DNA of 64,000 bases, taken from assembly GCA_963782015.1 (NCBI GenBank), contig CAWAHY010000004.1:1044633-1108632 (forward strand). The letters are read 5' to 3'. Below the pieces are notes generated by a model, which was not told the DNA's origin, made no database searches, and saw nothing but the letters and a program-made list of their open reading frames with translations. This document shows positions 55,233 through 63,691 of the stretch, in pieces. Position 1 is the first letter of the stretch; each line of letters begins with the position of its first letter. Both the position numbers and the translations under genes were made by a program. The DNA is from an uncultured Chloroflexia bacterium (GTDB taxonomy: Bacteria; Chloroflexota; Limnocylindria; QHBO01).

Positions 55233-55294
55233 AGATTGAGTCGCCCGCGGTAGCGCCATGCCCATACCGTATGAGTGCGCCGATCTGAATCGGC
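55233..55294 (+). promoter_or_regulatory. conserved upstream boxes plus 5'-UTR hairpin of ECF sigma gene 1
   Basis: AGATTGA (55233-55239), 21 nt, CCCATACCGT (55261-55270), then the palindrome GCCGAT-CTGA-ATCGGC (55279-55294). The same layout occurs before sigma genes 2 and 3. Confidence 0.4.
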
Positions 55295-55315
55295 TCACCG
55301 CACAGCGGACGGGGC

Positions 55316-55864
55316 ATGGATACACAACTCGTGGTACGAGCGCAGCGCGGCGACGAAGGGGCCTTTACCAGCCTCGCCGTGGCCGTGGGCGATCGGCTCC
55401 ATGCGGTGGCGTTCAGGATCCTGCGCGACACCGACCTTGCCGAGGACGCGACGCAGCAGGCGCTGCTCAACGTCTGGCGAGACCTGCCGCAGCTCCGCGA
55501 CCCGGCGCGCTTTGACGCCTGGTCGTATCGGCTCCTCGTGCGCGCCTGCTACGCCGAGGGTCGCCGAACCCGTCGCTGGAGCCCGAACATGCGCCTCCTC
55601 CCGGCTGATGAGCCGATGGCGGCGGATGGCACGAGCCTGGTCCTTGATCGCGACCAGCTCGAGCGCGGCTTCCGGCGCCTCTCCATCGAACATCGTGCGG
55701 TGGTGGTCCTGCATCACTACCTCGACCTGCCGCTCTCGGAGGTCGCCGAGACGCTCGGCGTGCCACAGGGAACGGTCCGATCTCGACTTCATTACGCGAT
55801 GCGGGGGTTGCGCGCGGCGCTCGATGCCGACACGCGCCCGACCAGGCGGGAGGCTGCTCGATGA
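55316..55864 (+). CDS. ECF (group IV) RNA polymerase sigma factor, copy 1
   Basis: 182 aa. Region 2 is LAEDATQQALLNVWRDLPQLRDPARFDAWSYRLLVRAC. Region 4 is HRAVVVLHHYLDLPLSEVAETLGVPQGTVRSRLHYAMRGLR. Confidence 0.9.
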   Translation: MDTQLVVRAQRGDEGAFTSLAVAVGDRLHAVAFRILRDTDLAEDATQQALLNVWRDLPQLRDPARFDAWSYRLLVRACYAEGRRTRRWSPNMRLLPADEPMAADGTSLVLDRDQLERGFRRLSIEHRAVVVLHHYLDLPLSEVAETLGVPQGTVRSRLHYAMRGLRAALDADTRPTRREAAR

Positions 55865-56733
55865 GCACCGATCGCGACGTCAACCGCATCGTTCGGTCGT
55901 GGCTCGACGAGGGCGTCACGGCGCTCCCGGACCGCGTCCTGGATGCCGTGCTCGACCAGCTCCCCGCGACCCCACAGCGCCGAGCCGGCTGGCTGGCGCG
56001 GAGGTTCCCGATCATGAACACGAACATCGTGCGCTTCGGGCTGATCGCCGCCGTTCTGGTGGTGGCGGTGATTGTCGGCGCAAGCCTGCTCCGGCAGCCA
56101 TCGGTTGGCCCGTCGCCTTCGGAGGAACCCTCAGTGGCGCCTCCTGCGTTCCTGTACAACGTCCCCAGTGGCGACCTGGCGGCCGGCAGCTATGAACTGA
56201 ACCTGGCCATCCCAGTGCGGCTGACCTTCGACGTGCCGGTGGGCTTCAGCCACGACAAGGGCGGGATTGAGGCGATCCACGGCACGACCGCCGCAAACGA
56301 AGGCCTGGAATTCCAATTCGCCTCGAATGTCTATCCCGACCCTTGCCATCGTGCAACCGGGGCGGCCGATCCAGCCGTCGGTCCCAGCGTCGACGACCTG
56401 GTCACGGCCATGACCAGCATGGTCGGCTTCCAGGCTGGCCCCATCACCGATCTGACCATCGCTGGTTTTCCGGCGAAAGCATTCGATCTCACGAACGAGA
56501 TCGACGCCGCGACCTGCGATGAGCAGGACGTCCGCACCTTCGTGTGGGAGGGCGACCACCCCCCGAACGGAAGCAGCGTCGGCTCAGGTGAGCGCCAGCG
56601 GATCTATGTCGTGGACATCCAAGGCAGGCGCTTGATGATCATGACCTACTACTTCTCAAGCGGGGATACGGCCGCCGAGGCCGCTGCCGCGGCGGAGCTG
56701 AAGACGATCGTGGAGTCGATCGCGATCCGTTAG
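55861..56733 (+). CDS. membrane-anchored partner of ECF sigma 1 (putative non-canonical anti-sigma with extracytoplasmic Cys-pair domain)
   Basis: ATGA overlap with the sigma gene. MSTDRDVNRIVRSWLDEGVTALPDRVLDAVLDQLPATPQRRAGW, TM helix FGLIAAVLVVAVIVGASLL, a P/S linker, and an outer domain of about 200 aa. No HxxxCxxC. Confidence 0.6.
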   Translation: MSTDRDVNRIVRSWLDEGVTALPDRVLDAVLDQLPATPQRRAGWLARRFPIMNTNIVRFGLIAAVLVVAVIVGASLLRQPSVGPSPSEEPSVAPPAFLYNVPSGDLAAGSYELNLAIPVRLTFDVPVGFSHDKGGIEAIHGTTAANEGLEFQFASNVYPDPCHRATGAADPAVGPSVDDLVTAMTSMVGFQAGPITDLTIAGFPAKAFDLTNEIDAATCDEQDVRTFVWEGDHPPNGSSVGSGERQRIYVVDIQGRRLMIMTYYFSSGDTAAEAAAAAELKTIVESIAIR

Positions 56734-56744
56734 TCGCCGCGCGA

Positions 56745-56777
56745 GATGAGGCCGTGGCCCCGGGCCGCGGCCTCATC
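56745..56777 (+). terminator. strong GC hairpin after module 1
   Basis: GATGAGGCCG-TGGCCCCGGGCCG-CGGCCTCATC with further inner pairing, 12 nt after stop 56733. Followed by gtcTTcc (weak T-tract). Confidence 0.5.
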
Positions 56778-56790
56778 GTCTTCCCTGGAA

Positions 56791-56854
56791 AGATTGAAGG
56801 TCATTCCCGTCCTTGCCCCCATACCGTGTGTAATGCATCGGTCTGAACCGATGC
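56791..56854 (+). promoter_or_regulatory. conserved upstream boxes plus 5'-UTR hairpin of ECF sigma gene 2
   Basis: AGATTGA (56791-56797), 20 nt, CCCATACCGT (56818-56827), then GCATCGGT-CTGA-ACCGATGC (56835-56854). Confidence 0.4.
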
Positions 56855-56870
56855 CTTGACGGAAGAGGGC

Positions 56871-57419
56871 ATGGACACCGATCTCGTGAGACTCGCGCAA
56901 CTCGGCGACAAAGGGGCTTTCACGAGCCTTGCCGCCGCCCGGGCCGATCGGTTCCTCGCCGCGTCGCACAGGATCCTGCGCGACCTCAACCTCGCCGAGG
57001 ATGCGACGCAGCAGGCGCTGCTCAACATCTGGCGGGACCTTCCGCAGCTTCGCGACCCGGCGCGCTTCGATGCCTGGTCGTACCGCCTCCTCGTGCGCGC
57101 CTGTTACGCGGAGGCCAGCCAGACCAGGCGTTGGGCGCCGAACATCCACCTGCTGCCGGCGGATGAGCCGATGGCGGTGGACGAGCTGAGCGCGGTCGTG
57201 GATCGCGACCAGCTCGAGCGCGCCTTTCGACGCCTCTCCCTCGATCACCGAACGGTGGTGGTCCTGCACCACTACCTCGACCTGCCGCTCGACCAGGTTG
57301 CCGAGGTGCTCGGCATCCCGGTCGGGACGGCCGCCTCCAGAATTCACTACGCGGTGCGCGGACTGCGCGCGGCGCTCGACGCCGACGCACGCCCGACACG
57401 GCGAGAGGGTGCCCGATGA
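56871..57419 (+). CDS. ECF RNA polymerase sigma factor, copy 2
   Basis: ATG 56871 chosen by alignment with copy 1 (MDTDLVRLAQLGD vs MDTQLVVRAQRGD); the listed ORF starts at TTG 56856. Region 2 and 4 motifs are almost identical to copy 1. Confidence 0.9.
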   Translation: MDTDLVRLAQLGDKGAFTSLAAARADRFLAASHRILRDLNLAEDATQQALLNIWRDLPQLRDPARFDAWSYRLLVRACYAEASQTRRWAPNIHLLPADEPMAVDELSAVVDRDQLERAFRRLSLDHRTVVVLHHYLDLPLDQVAEVLGIPVGTAASRIHYAVRGLRAALDADARPTRREGAR

Positions 57420-58309
57420 GCACTGATCTCGACGTCACCCGCGTCCTTCGGTCGTGGCTGCACGAGGATGCCCACGAGGACGCCGACCGTGTCCTCGACC
57501 TCGTCCTCGATCAGATCGACACGACTCCACAGCGCCGAGCCTCCTGGCCGGCGTGGAGGTCTCCTGTCATGAGCAACACCCTCCGCATCACCCTCGCGGC
57601 CGCGGCCGTGGTGATCGTTGCGTTCATCGGCTTTCAGGTATTCGGCAACGGAAGCGTCGGCGGGCCGGCCACGTCGCCGTCGCAGTCCGAGGCAGCGAGC
57701 ATCGCGCCCACCCCGACTGCGACCCCGGTGCCAGCCGGGTTTCTTGCCGCCGGTGCTCAGACGATTGGCAGGCATTCGATGGTTCTGTCGGGAGTCAGGG
57801 TCTCGATCGAGATTCCAACGGCTGGCTGGACCAGCAACGGCGAATGGGGCCTGGACTTGGGCACCTGGCCCAGCGCTGGCTATGCCGGTTTCATCTTCTG
57901 GCCGTTGTCGGCTCCTGACCACGTCTTCAGCGATCCATGCAACGAAACGCCGGCAAGTCCTCCGCCCGGAGGGTCGGCCGCCGAGCTGGCGACGGCGGTG
58001 GCAACGATTCCCGGCGTCACCCTCGTCAGCGGTCCCTCGGAGGTCCGCGTGGGCGGGCACCCGGCGCAGCACGTGGTGTTGACCTTTACGAATGACATCG
58101 GTTGCGCCCCAGAGAACTTCTACCTGTGGGAGGACGCGGACAACCCGGGCGCGGCCCGCTACGCCAGCGAGGTGGGCGAAACCCTCTCCGTCTGGATCAT
58201 CGACGTGAACGGCACAATCGTGTGGATCGACACCGAGACCTTCCTGAACTCCGGGCTCGAGGCCGAGCAGAAGGTTCAGAACCTCATCGACTCGATCCAG
58301 TTTGAGTGA
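57416..58309 (+). CDS. membrane-anchored partner of ECF sigma 2 (paralogue of 55861-56733)
   Basis: ATGA overlap. MSTDLDVTRVLRSWLHEDAHEDADRVLDLVLDQIDTTPQRRASW, a TM helix, a linker, and an outer domain with FSDPCNE...IGCAPENFYLW...WIIDVNGTIVWIDT...LIDSIQFE. Confidence 0.6.
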   Translation: MSTDLDVTRVLRSWLHEDAHEDADRVLDLVLDQIDTTPQRRASWPAWRSPVMSNTLRITLAAAAVVIVAFIGFQVFGNGSVGGPATSPSQSEAASIAPTPTATPVPAGFLAAGAQTIGRHSMVLSGVRVSIEIPTAGWTSNGEWGLDLGTWPSAGYAGFIFWPLSAPDHVFSDPCNETPASPPPGGSAAELATAVATIPGVTLVSGPSEVRVGGHPAQHVVLTFTNDIGCAPENFYLWEDADNPGAARYASEVGETLSVWIIDVNGTIVWIDTETFLNSGLEAEQKVQNLIDSIQFE

Positions 58310-58329
58310 GGCGCGAGGACTCGACAACC

Positions 58330-59790
58330 ATGACCAGGAGCATCCAAAGATGGTCCCCGTGGTGGCTCGCCGTCGCATGCGTCGCCCTGCTCAGCGCATG
58401 CGCCGCAAGCTCCACCCCCACGGCCAGTCTCGACGCCTCGTCGCAACCGGCGATGCGCAGCTTCACCGCGTGGCTCGACGCCTTCAACAGCGGGGATCGT
58501 CAGCGGTACAAGACGTTCCTCAGGGACCACTATCCAGCTCTGCTCGGGCAGCTGGACGGCGAGATGGCGTTCCGCGATATCACCGGCGGATTCGAACTGC
58601 GGGCGGTGGAGCACGCGTCCGCCTCCAGTGCCAGCGGCCTGGTGCAGGAGCGTGATTCCGATCAGTTCGCACACTTCGAACTGCTCGTCGGCCCCGAAGC
58701 AAAGCACGAGATCATTCGGCTCGGTGTGAGGGCGATCCCTCGCCCCGCGGAGTTCCCTATCGCGCGGCTCACCGAGGACGAAGCCATCGAGGGTGTCGCG
58801 TCTCTGCTGCGGGAGCGCGCCACCCGGGACCGGTTCAGCGGCGCAGCCCTGGTGGCGAGGGACGGCGAGGTCATCTTCAGTGCGGCCTATGGGGAAGCCG
58901 ATCGAGCGAACGGAGTGCCGAACTCCCTCGAGACGAGCTTCCGCCTCGGGTCGATGAACAAGATGTTCACGGCGGTGGCGATCCTTCAGCTGGTCGAGAC
59001 CGGGCTCATCGACCTGACGGCACCCGTCGGCCGATACATCACCGATTACCCCAACCGCGACGTGGCCAGCAAGGTGACGATCCACCAGCTGCTGACCCAC
59101 ACCGGAGGCACCGGCGACATCTTCGGCCCGCAGTTCGACGCGCACCGCCTGGAGCTCCGGACCCTCGACGACTACGTGGAGCTCTACGGCCAGCGCGGCC
59201 CGGAGTTCGAGCCGGGCACCTCCTGGGCCTACAGCAACTATGGGATGGTCCTGCTGGGCGTCGTCATCGAGAGAGTCACGGGCGAGACGTACTACGACTA
59301 CGTCGACGAGCACATCTACCGCCCCGCCGGCATGACCTCGAGCGGGTCGCTGTCGGAGGCCCGCGTGGTCCCGGGCCGCTCGATCGGGTACACGAGAGAG
59401 GCAAGCGACGCTGAGTGGGCCCCGAATACGGACACGCTCCCGTATCGAGGAACATCGGCCGGCGGCGGCTACTCGACGGTCCAGGACCTCTACCGATTCG
59501 CCCAGGCGCTGCTGGCCAACCGGTTGCTCAGCCGCGCCTCCACGCAGCTGCTCTTCAGCGGCAAGGTGGACTCGGGTCCCGGTGGACGCTACGCGTACGG
59601 GTTCTTCGACGCTCGAGACGCGGATGGGAACGGCTGGGTTGGCCACGGGGGTGGCGCACCCGGCATGAACGGCGACCTGAGGATCTACCCGAAAACCGGC
59701 TACGTGGTGGTGGTGCTGGCGAACATGGACCCGCCGGCGGCTGGAAGGATCTCCGAGTATCTCGACCCGCGGTTGCCAGCGGAGCCGTGA
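58330..59790 (+). CDS. serine hydrolase lipoprotein (beta-lactamase / class C esterase family)
   Basis: ATG 58330. Lipobox LLSACA. SMNK (SxxK), YSN (YxN), HGGG (KTG-equivalent). Confidence 0.8.
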   Translation: MTRSIQRWSPWWLAVACVALLSACAASSTPTASLDASSQPAMRSFTAWLDAFNSGDRQRYKTFLRDHYPALLGQLDGEMAFRDITGGFELRAVEHASASSASGLVQERDSDQFAHFELLVGPEAKHEIIRLGVRAIPRPAEFPIARLTEDEAIEGVASLLRERATRDRFSGAALVARDGEVIFSAAYGEADRANGVPNSLETSFRLGSMNKMFTAVAILQLVETGLIDLTAPVGRYITDYPNRDVASKVTIHQLLTHTGGTGDIFGPQFDAHRLELRTLDDYVELYGQRGPEFEPGTSWAYSNYGMVLLGVVIERVTGETYYDYVDEHIYRPAGMTSSGSLSEARVVPGRSIGYTREASDAEWAPNTDTLPYRGTSAGGGYSTVQDLYRFAQALLANRLLSRASTQLLFSGKVDSGPGGRYAYGFFDARDADGNGWVGHGGGAPGMNGDLRIYPKTGYVVVVLANMDPPAAGRISEYLDPRLPAEP

Positions 59791-61358
59791 TGCGCCGATG
59801 GAGGCGGTCCGCGCGGACGCGAGCCGGTTCCCTCGCGCTCTTGCTGGCGTTGAGCGCCTGCACCGCGACCCCGCCACCGAGTGCGAGTCTGCAGATGTCC
59901 GCTGGCCCGAGCACCAGTATCGAAGCCACGCCCAGTCTGCCGATCGCCTACCCATTCCCCCTCGAAGCCACGATCCCGGAGCTCCAGGCCGCGATGGAGA
60001 GCGGCGAGCTCACGGCGGTTGAGCTGGTCGACTTCTACCTGGCCCGGATCGCCGCGTACGACGACCTCGGCCCCGCGCTCAACGCGTTCATCCTCGTGAA
60101 CCCGGCGGCCCGCGATGAGGCAGCTGCGCTCGACGCGGAGCGCGCGACCTCGGGTCCGCGCGGGCCGCTCCATGGCATCCCGATCGTGATCAAGGACAAC
60201 ATCGGCACCGCGGACATGCCGACCACCGCCGGATCGCGCGCGCTCGAGGGATTCATCCCGTCGGACGACGCGTTCCAGGTGCGGAAGCTGCGCGAGGCGG
60301 GGGCGATCATCATCGGCAAGACGAACCTGTGCGAGTTCGCCCTCTGCTGGGAGACGACCTCGTCCCTCGGCGGGCAGACCCGCAACCCGTACGACCCGAC
60401 CCGCGATCCCGGTGGCTCGAGTGGCGGCACGGCGGTGGCCGTGGCGGCGAACTTTGGGGTTGCCGGTCTCGGGACCGATACCTGTGGCTCCATCCGACTT
60501 CCATCGGGGCTCAATGACCTCTACGGGCTGCGGCCCACCAACGGGCTCTCGTCGCGCGCCGGCGTCATCCCCTTCTCGACCTCGACCGATACGGTCGGGC
60601 CGATGGCCCGCAGCGTCATCGACCTTGCGATCGTGCTGGATGCCACCGCCGGCGAGGATCCGGCGGACCCGACCACCGTCCCGCTCACGACCTCGTTCGC
60701 CGACGCCGTCGACCCGAATGGACTCGCTGGCCGGAGGATCGGCCTGCTCACCTTCACCCTGGACCCCGAGATGATGCAGCTCGAGGGAGGCGCCATCGAC
60801 GCGATGGTCGCGAACGGGGTCGAGGTCACCCCGGTGAACCTCCCGGCCGGCGTGCGGATGGATCCCCTCTACGGCGAGCTCCGCACCGCCCTGGACGCAT
60901 ACCTCGCCGCCCAGCCGACGGCGCCCGTCAGGTCACTCGCCGAGATCGCGAACTCGAACGTCGCCGATCCGTGGGTGGCGGGGTTCCTGCGATCCCTCGC
61001 CTCGGCGCCCAACCTCGATTCGCAGGCGTACCGCGATGCAGTCGACGGGCGAGCCACCTTCCGTGACAAGGTGGTCGCCCTCATGGACGAGCACGACCTC
61101 GACGCGATTGCCTACCCGGAGTCTCGGAGGCCGGCCGCCCTGATCGGCGCCGGCCAGGAGGCCTTCAACTGCGACACGGCCGCGTACGGTGGCCTGCCCG
61201 CCATCGTCATCCCGGCCGGGCTGACTGCCGATGGCCTGCCGGTTGGGCTGGAGCTGATGGGCCGGCCATTTGACGAGGCGACCCTGATCGCCATCGCCGC
61301 GGGCTTCGAGGCGCACACGGGTCCCCGGGTCCTCCCTCCCTCGACGCCGCCGCTTTAG
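59790..61358 (+). CDS. amidase-signature family lipoprotein
   Basis: ATG 59790 shares one nt with the upstream TGA (GTG 59787 also possible). Lipobox LLALSAC. KDNIGTADMPTTAGS and GGSSGGTAVAVAANFGVAGLGTDTCGSIRLPS (amidase signature, Ser-cisSer-Lys). Confidence 0.85.
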   Translation: MRRWRRSARTRAGSLALLLALSACTATPPPSASLQMSAGPSTSIEATPSLPIAYPFPLEATIPELQAAMESGELTAVELVDFYLARIAAYDDLGPALNAFILVNPAARDEAAALDAERATSGPRGPLHGIPIVIKDNIGTADMPTTAGSRALEGFIPSDDAFQVRKLREAGAIIIGKTNLCEFALCWETTSSLGGQTRNPYDPTRDPGGSSGGTAVAVAANFGVAGLGTDTCGSIRLPSGLNDLYGLRPTNGLSSRAGVIPFSTSTDTVGPMARSVIDLAIVLDATAGEDPADPTTVPLTTSFADAVDPNGLAGRRIGLLTFTLDPEMMQLEGGAIDAMVANGVEVTPVNLPAGVRMDPLYGELRTALDAYLAAQPTAPVRSLAEIANSNVADPWVAGFLRSLASAPNLDSQAYRDAVDGRATFRDKVVALMDEHDLDAIAYPESRRPAALIGAGQEAFNCDTAAYGGLPAIVIPAGLTADGLPVGLELMGRPFDEATLIAIAAGFEAHTGPRVLPPSTPPL

Positions 61359-61383
61359 GAGTCCTGTCGCGCCGCCAATTCCC

Positions 61384-61442
61384 TATTTGAACGCTGGCGC
61401 CAACCGCCGACTCATACTCGCTGATCGCCCGGACCTCGGGCG
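61384..61442 (+). promoter_or_regulatory. diverged version of the upstream boxes plus hairpin before ECF sigma gene 3
   Basis: TATTTGA (61384-61390), 20 nt, CTCATACTCG (61411-61420), then CGCCCG-GACCT-CGGGCG (61426-61442). Confidence 0.3.
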
Positions 61443-61457
61443 CATCTGAGGTGAGGG

Positions 61458-62003
61458 ATGGAGCGGAGGCTCGTCGAGCTGGCGATGCGCGGCGACGAAG
61501 AGGCGTTCGACTCACTTGTCGGACGCATCGGTGACGGCCTCCACTCAGTGGCGCGCAGGATCCTGCGCGACACGACCCTGGCGCAGGACGCGACCCAGGA
61601 AGCATTGCTCGATGTGTGGCGCAACCTGCCGCGACTGAGGGATCCCGACCGCTTCGAGGCCTGGGCCTATCGCCTCCTCGTGAACGCATGTCATGCCGAA
61701 GCGCGCCGCGAACGACGTCATCGCGGCAACCTGACGCTGCTGCCTCATGACGAGCCGATGGTCACCGATTCGGCATCGCGGATCGCCATCCAGGACCAGC
61801 TCGACCGCGCGTTCCGCCAGCTAAGCCTCGAGCATCGGACCGTGGTCGTGCTGGTGCACTACCTCGGCCAGACGCCGTCGGAGGCGGCCGAAACGATGGG
61901 GACGCCCGTCGGCACGGCACGTTCACGGCTCCACTACGCACTCGAACACCTGCGCGCGTCCATCGAGGCCGATGCGCGGGTCACCAAGCGAGGGACGGCA
62001 TGA
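61458..62003 (+). CDS. ECF RNA polymerase sigma factor, copy 3
   Basis: 181 aa. LAQDATQEALLDVWRNLPRLRDPDRFEAWAYRLLVNAC and HRTVVVLVHYLGQTPSEAAETMGTPVGTARSRLHYALEHLR. Confidence 0.9.
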   Translation: MERRLVELAMRGDEEAFDSLVGRIGDGLHSVARRILRDTTLAQDATQEALLDVWRNLPRLRDPDRFEAWAYRLLVNACHAEARRERRHRGNLTLLPHDEPMVTDSASRIAIQDQLDRAFRQLSLEHRTVVVLVHYLGQTPSEAAETMGTPVGTARSRLHYALEHLRASIEADARVTKRGTA

Positions 62004-62890
62004 CACGTGACGACGAATTCATCGGCCAGCTCGAGGGCTACCTCGACGAGTATGAGGGCCTGACCCCCCTGCCCGATGCGGTCCGCCAAGCCGTCCGAGC
62101 CGAGCTCCCAACGACGGGCCAGGGCGGTCCTCGCTGGGGACCGATGCGGTACCTCTCCATGAGCAACAACGTGAAGCTCGGCCTCGCGATTGCTGCCGTC
62201 TCCGGGCTGGCACTCATTGGGGTCGGGCTCCTGCGTCCCGGTCTGAACATCGGCAACCCGACTCCGACGGTCACGCCGAGACCATCGGCTCTGCCGTCCG
62301 TGGGTCCGCTGCCAGCCGGAACCTACCTCATGTCAGACCCGAGATTCACCCAGGTGCCCTACCGGTTCACCGTTCCCGACGGGTGGGCGATCACCGCCGA
62401 CGGACTCGTCATCAAGCACCAGGACGAGAACAGCGAGGTGGGATTCGCCTCCTGGGAGGTCACCCACCTCTTCGGCAACGCCTGCCACTGGTCTGGGACG
62501 CTCGTGGCTGTCACCGGCACCAGCCTCGACAGCTTCGCGGGATCGCTGGTTGCCCAGGAGGAACAGCAGGCATCTGGCCCCATCGACACACAGCTCGCAG
62601 GCTACCCAGCCAAGCGCATCGACCTCTTCGAACCGGCCGGTTTCGACTTTTCGGCGTGTGACGGTGATGAAGAGCTCGTCCGGCTATGGGCCGATGTGGG
62701 AGGCGATCTGAACGGCGGCTGGCGAGCGCGCCCCGGCCAGATCGACTCGGCGTACATCGTCGACGTCGACGGCAAGCGGATCGTCATCGACACGTGGCAG
62801 TTCCCGCGGACCTCGGCGCAGGACATCACGGAGATCGAAGGGATCATCGCCTCCATCCGTTTCGTACCCGAGGAAGGGGTTCCGCAGTGA
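62000..62890 (+). CDS. membrane-anchored partner of ECF sigma 3 (diverged paralogue)
   Basis: ATGA overlap. MTRDDEFIGQLEGYLDEYEGLTPLPDAVRQAVRAELPTT, TM helix LGLAIAAVSGLALIGVGLL, and an outer domain with FGNACHW...LAGYPAKRIDL...SACDGDEE...YIVDVDGKRIVIDT...IIASIRF. Confidence 0.6.
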   Translation: MTRDDEFIGQLEGYLDEYEGLTPLPDAVRQAVRAELPTTGQGGPRWGPMRYLSMSNNVKLGLAIAAVSGLALIGVGLLRPGLNIGNPTPTVTPRPSALPSVGPLPAGTYLMSDPRFTQVPYRFTVPDGWAITADGLVIKHQDENSEVGFASWEVTHLFGNACHWSGTLVAVTGTSLDSFAGSLVAQEEQQASGPIDTQLAGYPAKRIDLFEPAGFDFSACDGDEELVRLWADVGGDLNGGWRARPGQIDSAYIVDVDGKRIVIDTWQFPRTSAQDITEIEGIIASIRFVPEEGVPQ

Positions 62891-62910
62891 AGACCAGCAC
62901 GACAGGCCGA

Positions 62911-63681
62911 ATGACGATGCGATGGCTCGCGATCCTCTTCGCCGCATTCGCGGCTGCGCTCCTCGCCGTCGGCTGCTCGCGAGTAGCCGACGAACCGTCG
63001 GCGAGTCAAGACCCGGCTTCACTCCCGAACTCAGTCACGCCGACCCCGACGGCTCCCTCCTCGACCCCGGCCGGGTCAGTTCCAGCCGGCGTCAGGTCCG
63101 TCACGGGGCTGGTCCTGGGGACCGGTGACTACCCCACCTACGAGGTGGTCGTGCCCGACACCTGGGGCGCCGCCGGCGGGCACTTTGTCGTGAAGTACAA
63201 CTTCGCCCACCCGCCGGTGCTTGGGTTGAGCGTTTGGGACGTTGGCCAGGTGTTCCGCGACCCATGCCACTGGGTCGGCCAGGAATACGATCCGGGACCG
63301 ACCGTCGAGGATCTGGTTGCTGCCCTCGTCGCCCAGCCGATGCGGAATGCCAGCCAGCCGACCGCCGTCACCGTCGCCGGGTACTCGGGCCAGTACCTGG
63401 AGTGGTCGGTCCCGGCTGACCTGAAGTCAAGCACCTACACGGACTTCGACGCGTGCGACATCGATCCCTCCGACGTCATTCATCGCAACTTCAACAGCTG
63501 GCTGGGCAACGGAATGGGGAACCGGTACGAGCAGGTGCCAGGTCAGGTCGACCGGCTCTGGGTCCTTGACGTGGATGGGCAGCGACTCGTCATCGACGCA
63601 ACCTACTCGGCAGACACCGTCCAGGCTGACCGCGACGAGTTGAGCAGCGTCGTCGCCTCGCTCCGGTTCGCAGCACCCTAA
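62911..63681 (+). CDS. lipoprotein carrying the same outer domain without a sigma-linked N-terminus
   Basis: ATG 62911 (GTG 62887 overlapping the upstream stop is an alternative). Lipobox LLAVGCS. FRDPCHW...VAGYSGQYLEW...DACDIDP...WVLDVDGQRLVIDA...VVASLRF. Confidence 0.65.
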   Translation: MTMRWLAILFAAFAAALLAVGCSRVADEPSASQDPASLPNSVTPTPTAPSSTPAGSVPAGVRSVTGLVLGTGDYPTYEVVVPDTWGAAGGHFVVKYNFAHPPVLGLSVWDVGQVFRDPCHWVGQEYDPGPTVEDLVAALVAQPMRNASQPTAVTVAGYSGQYLEWSVPADLKSSTYTDFDACDIDPSDVIHRNFNSWLGNGMGNRYEQVPGQVDRLWVLDVDGQRLVIDATYSADTVQADRDELSSVVASLRFAAP

Positions 63682-63691
63682 GCCTGGCTGC

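Noticed and set aside
58276-59955. 559-aa minus-strand ORF
   Set aside because: It is antisense to the SxxK serine hydrolase gene and has no recognisable domain.
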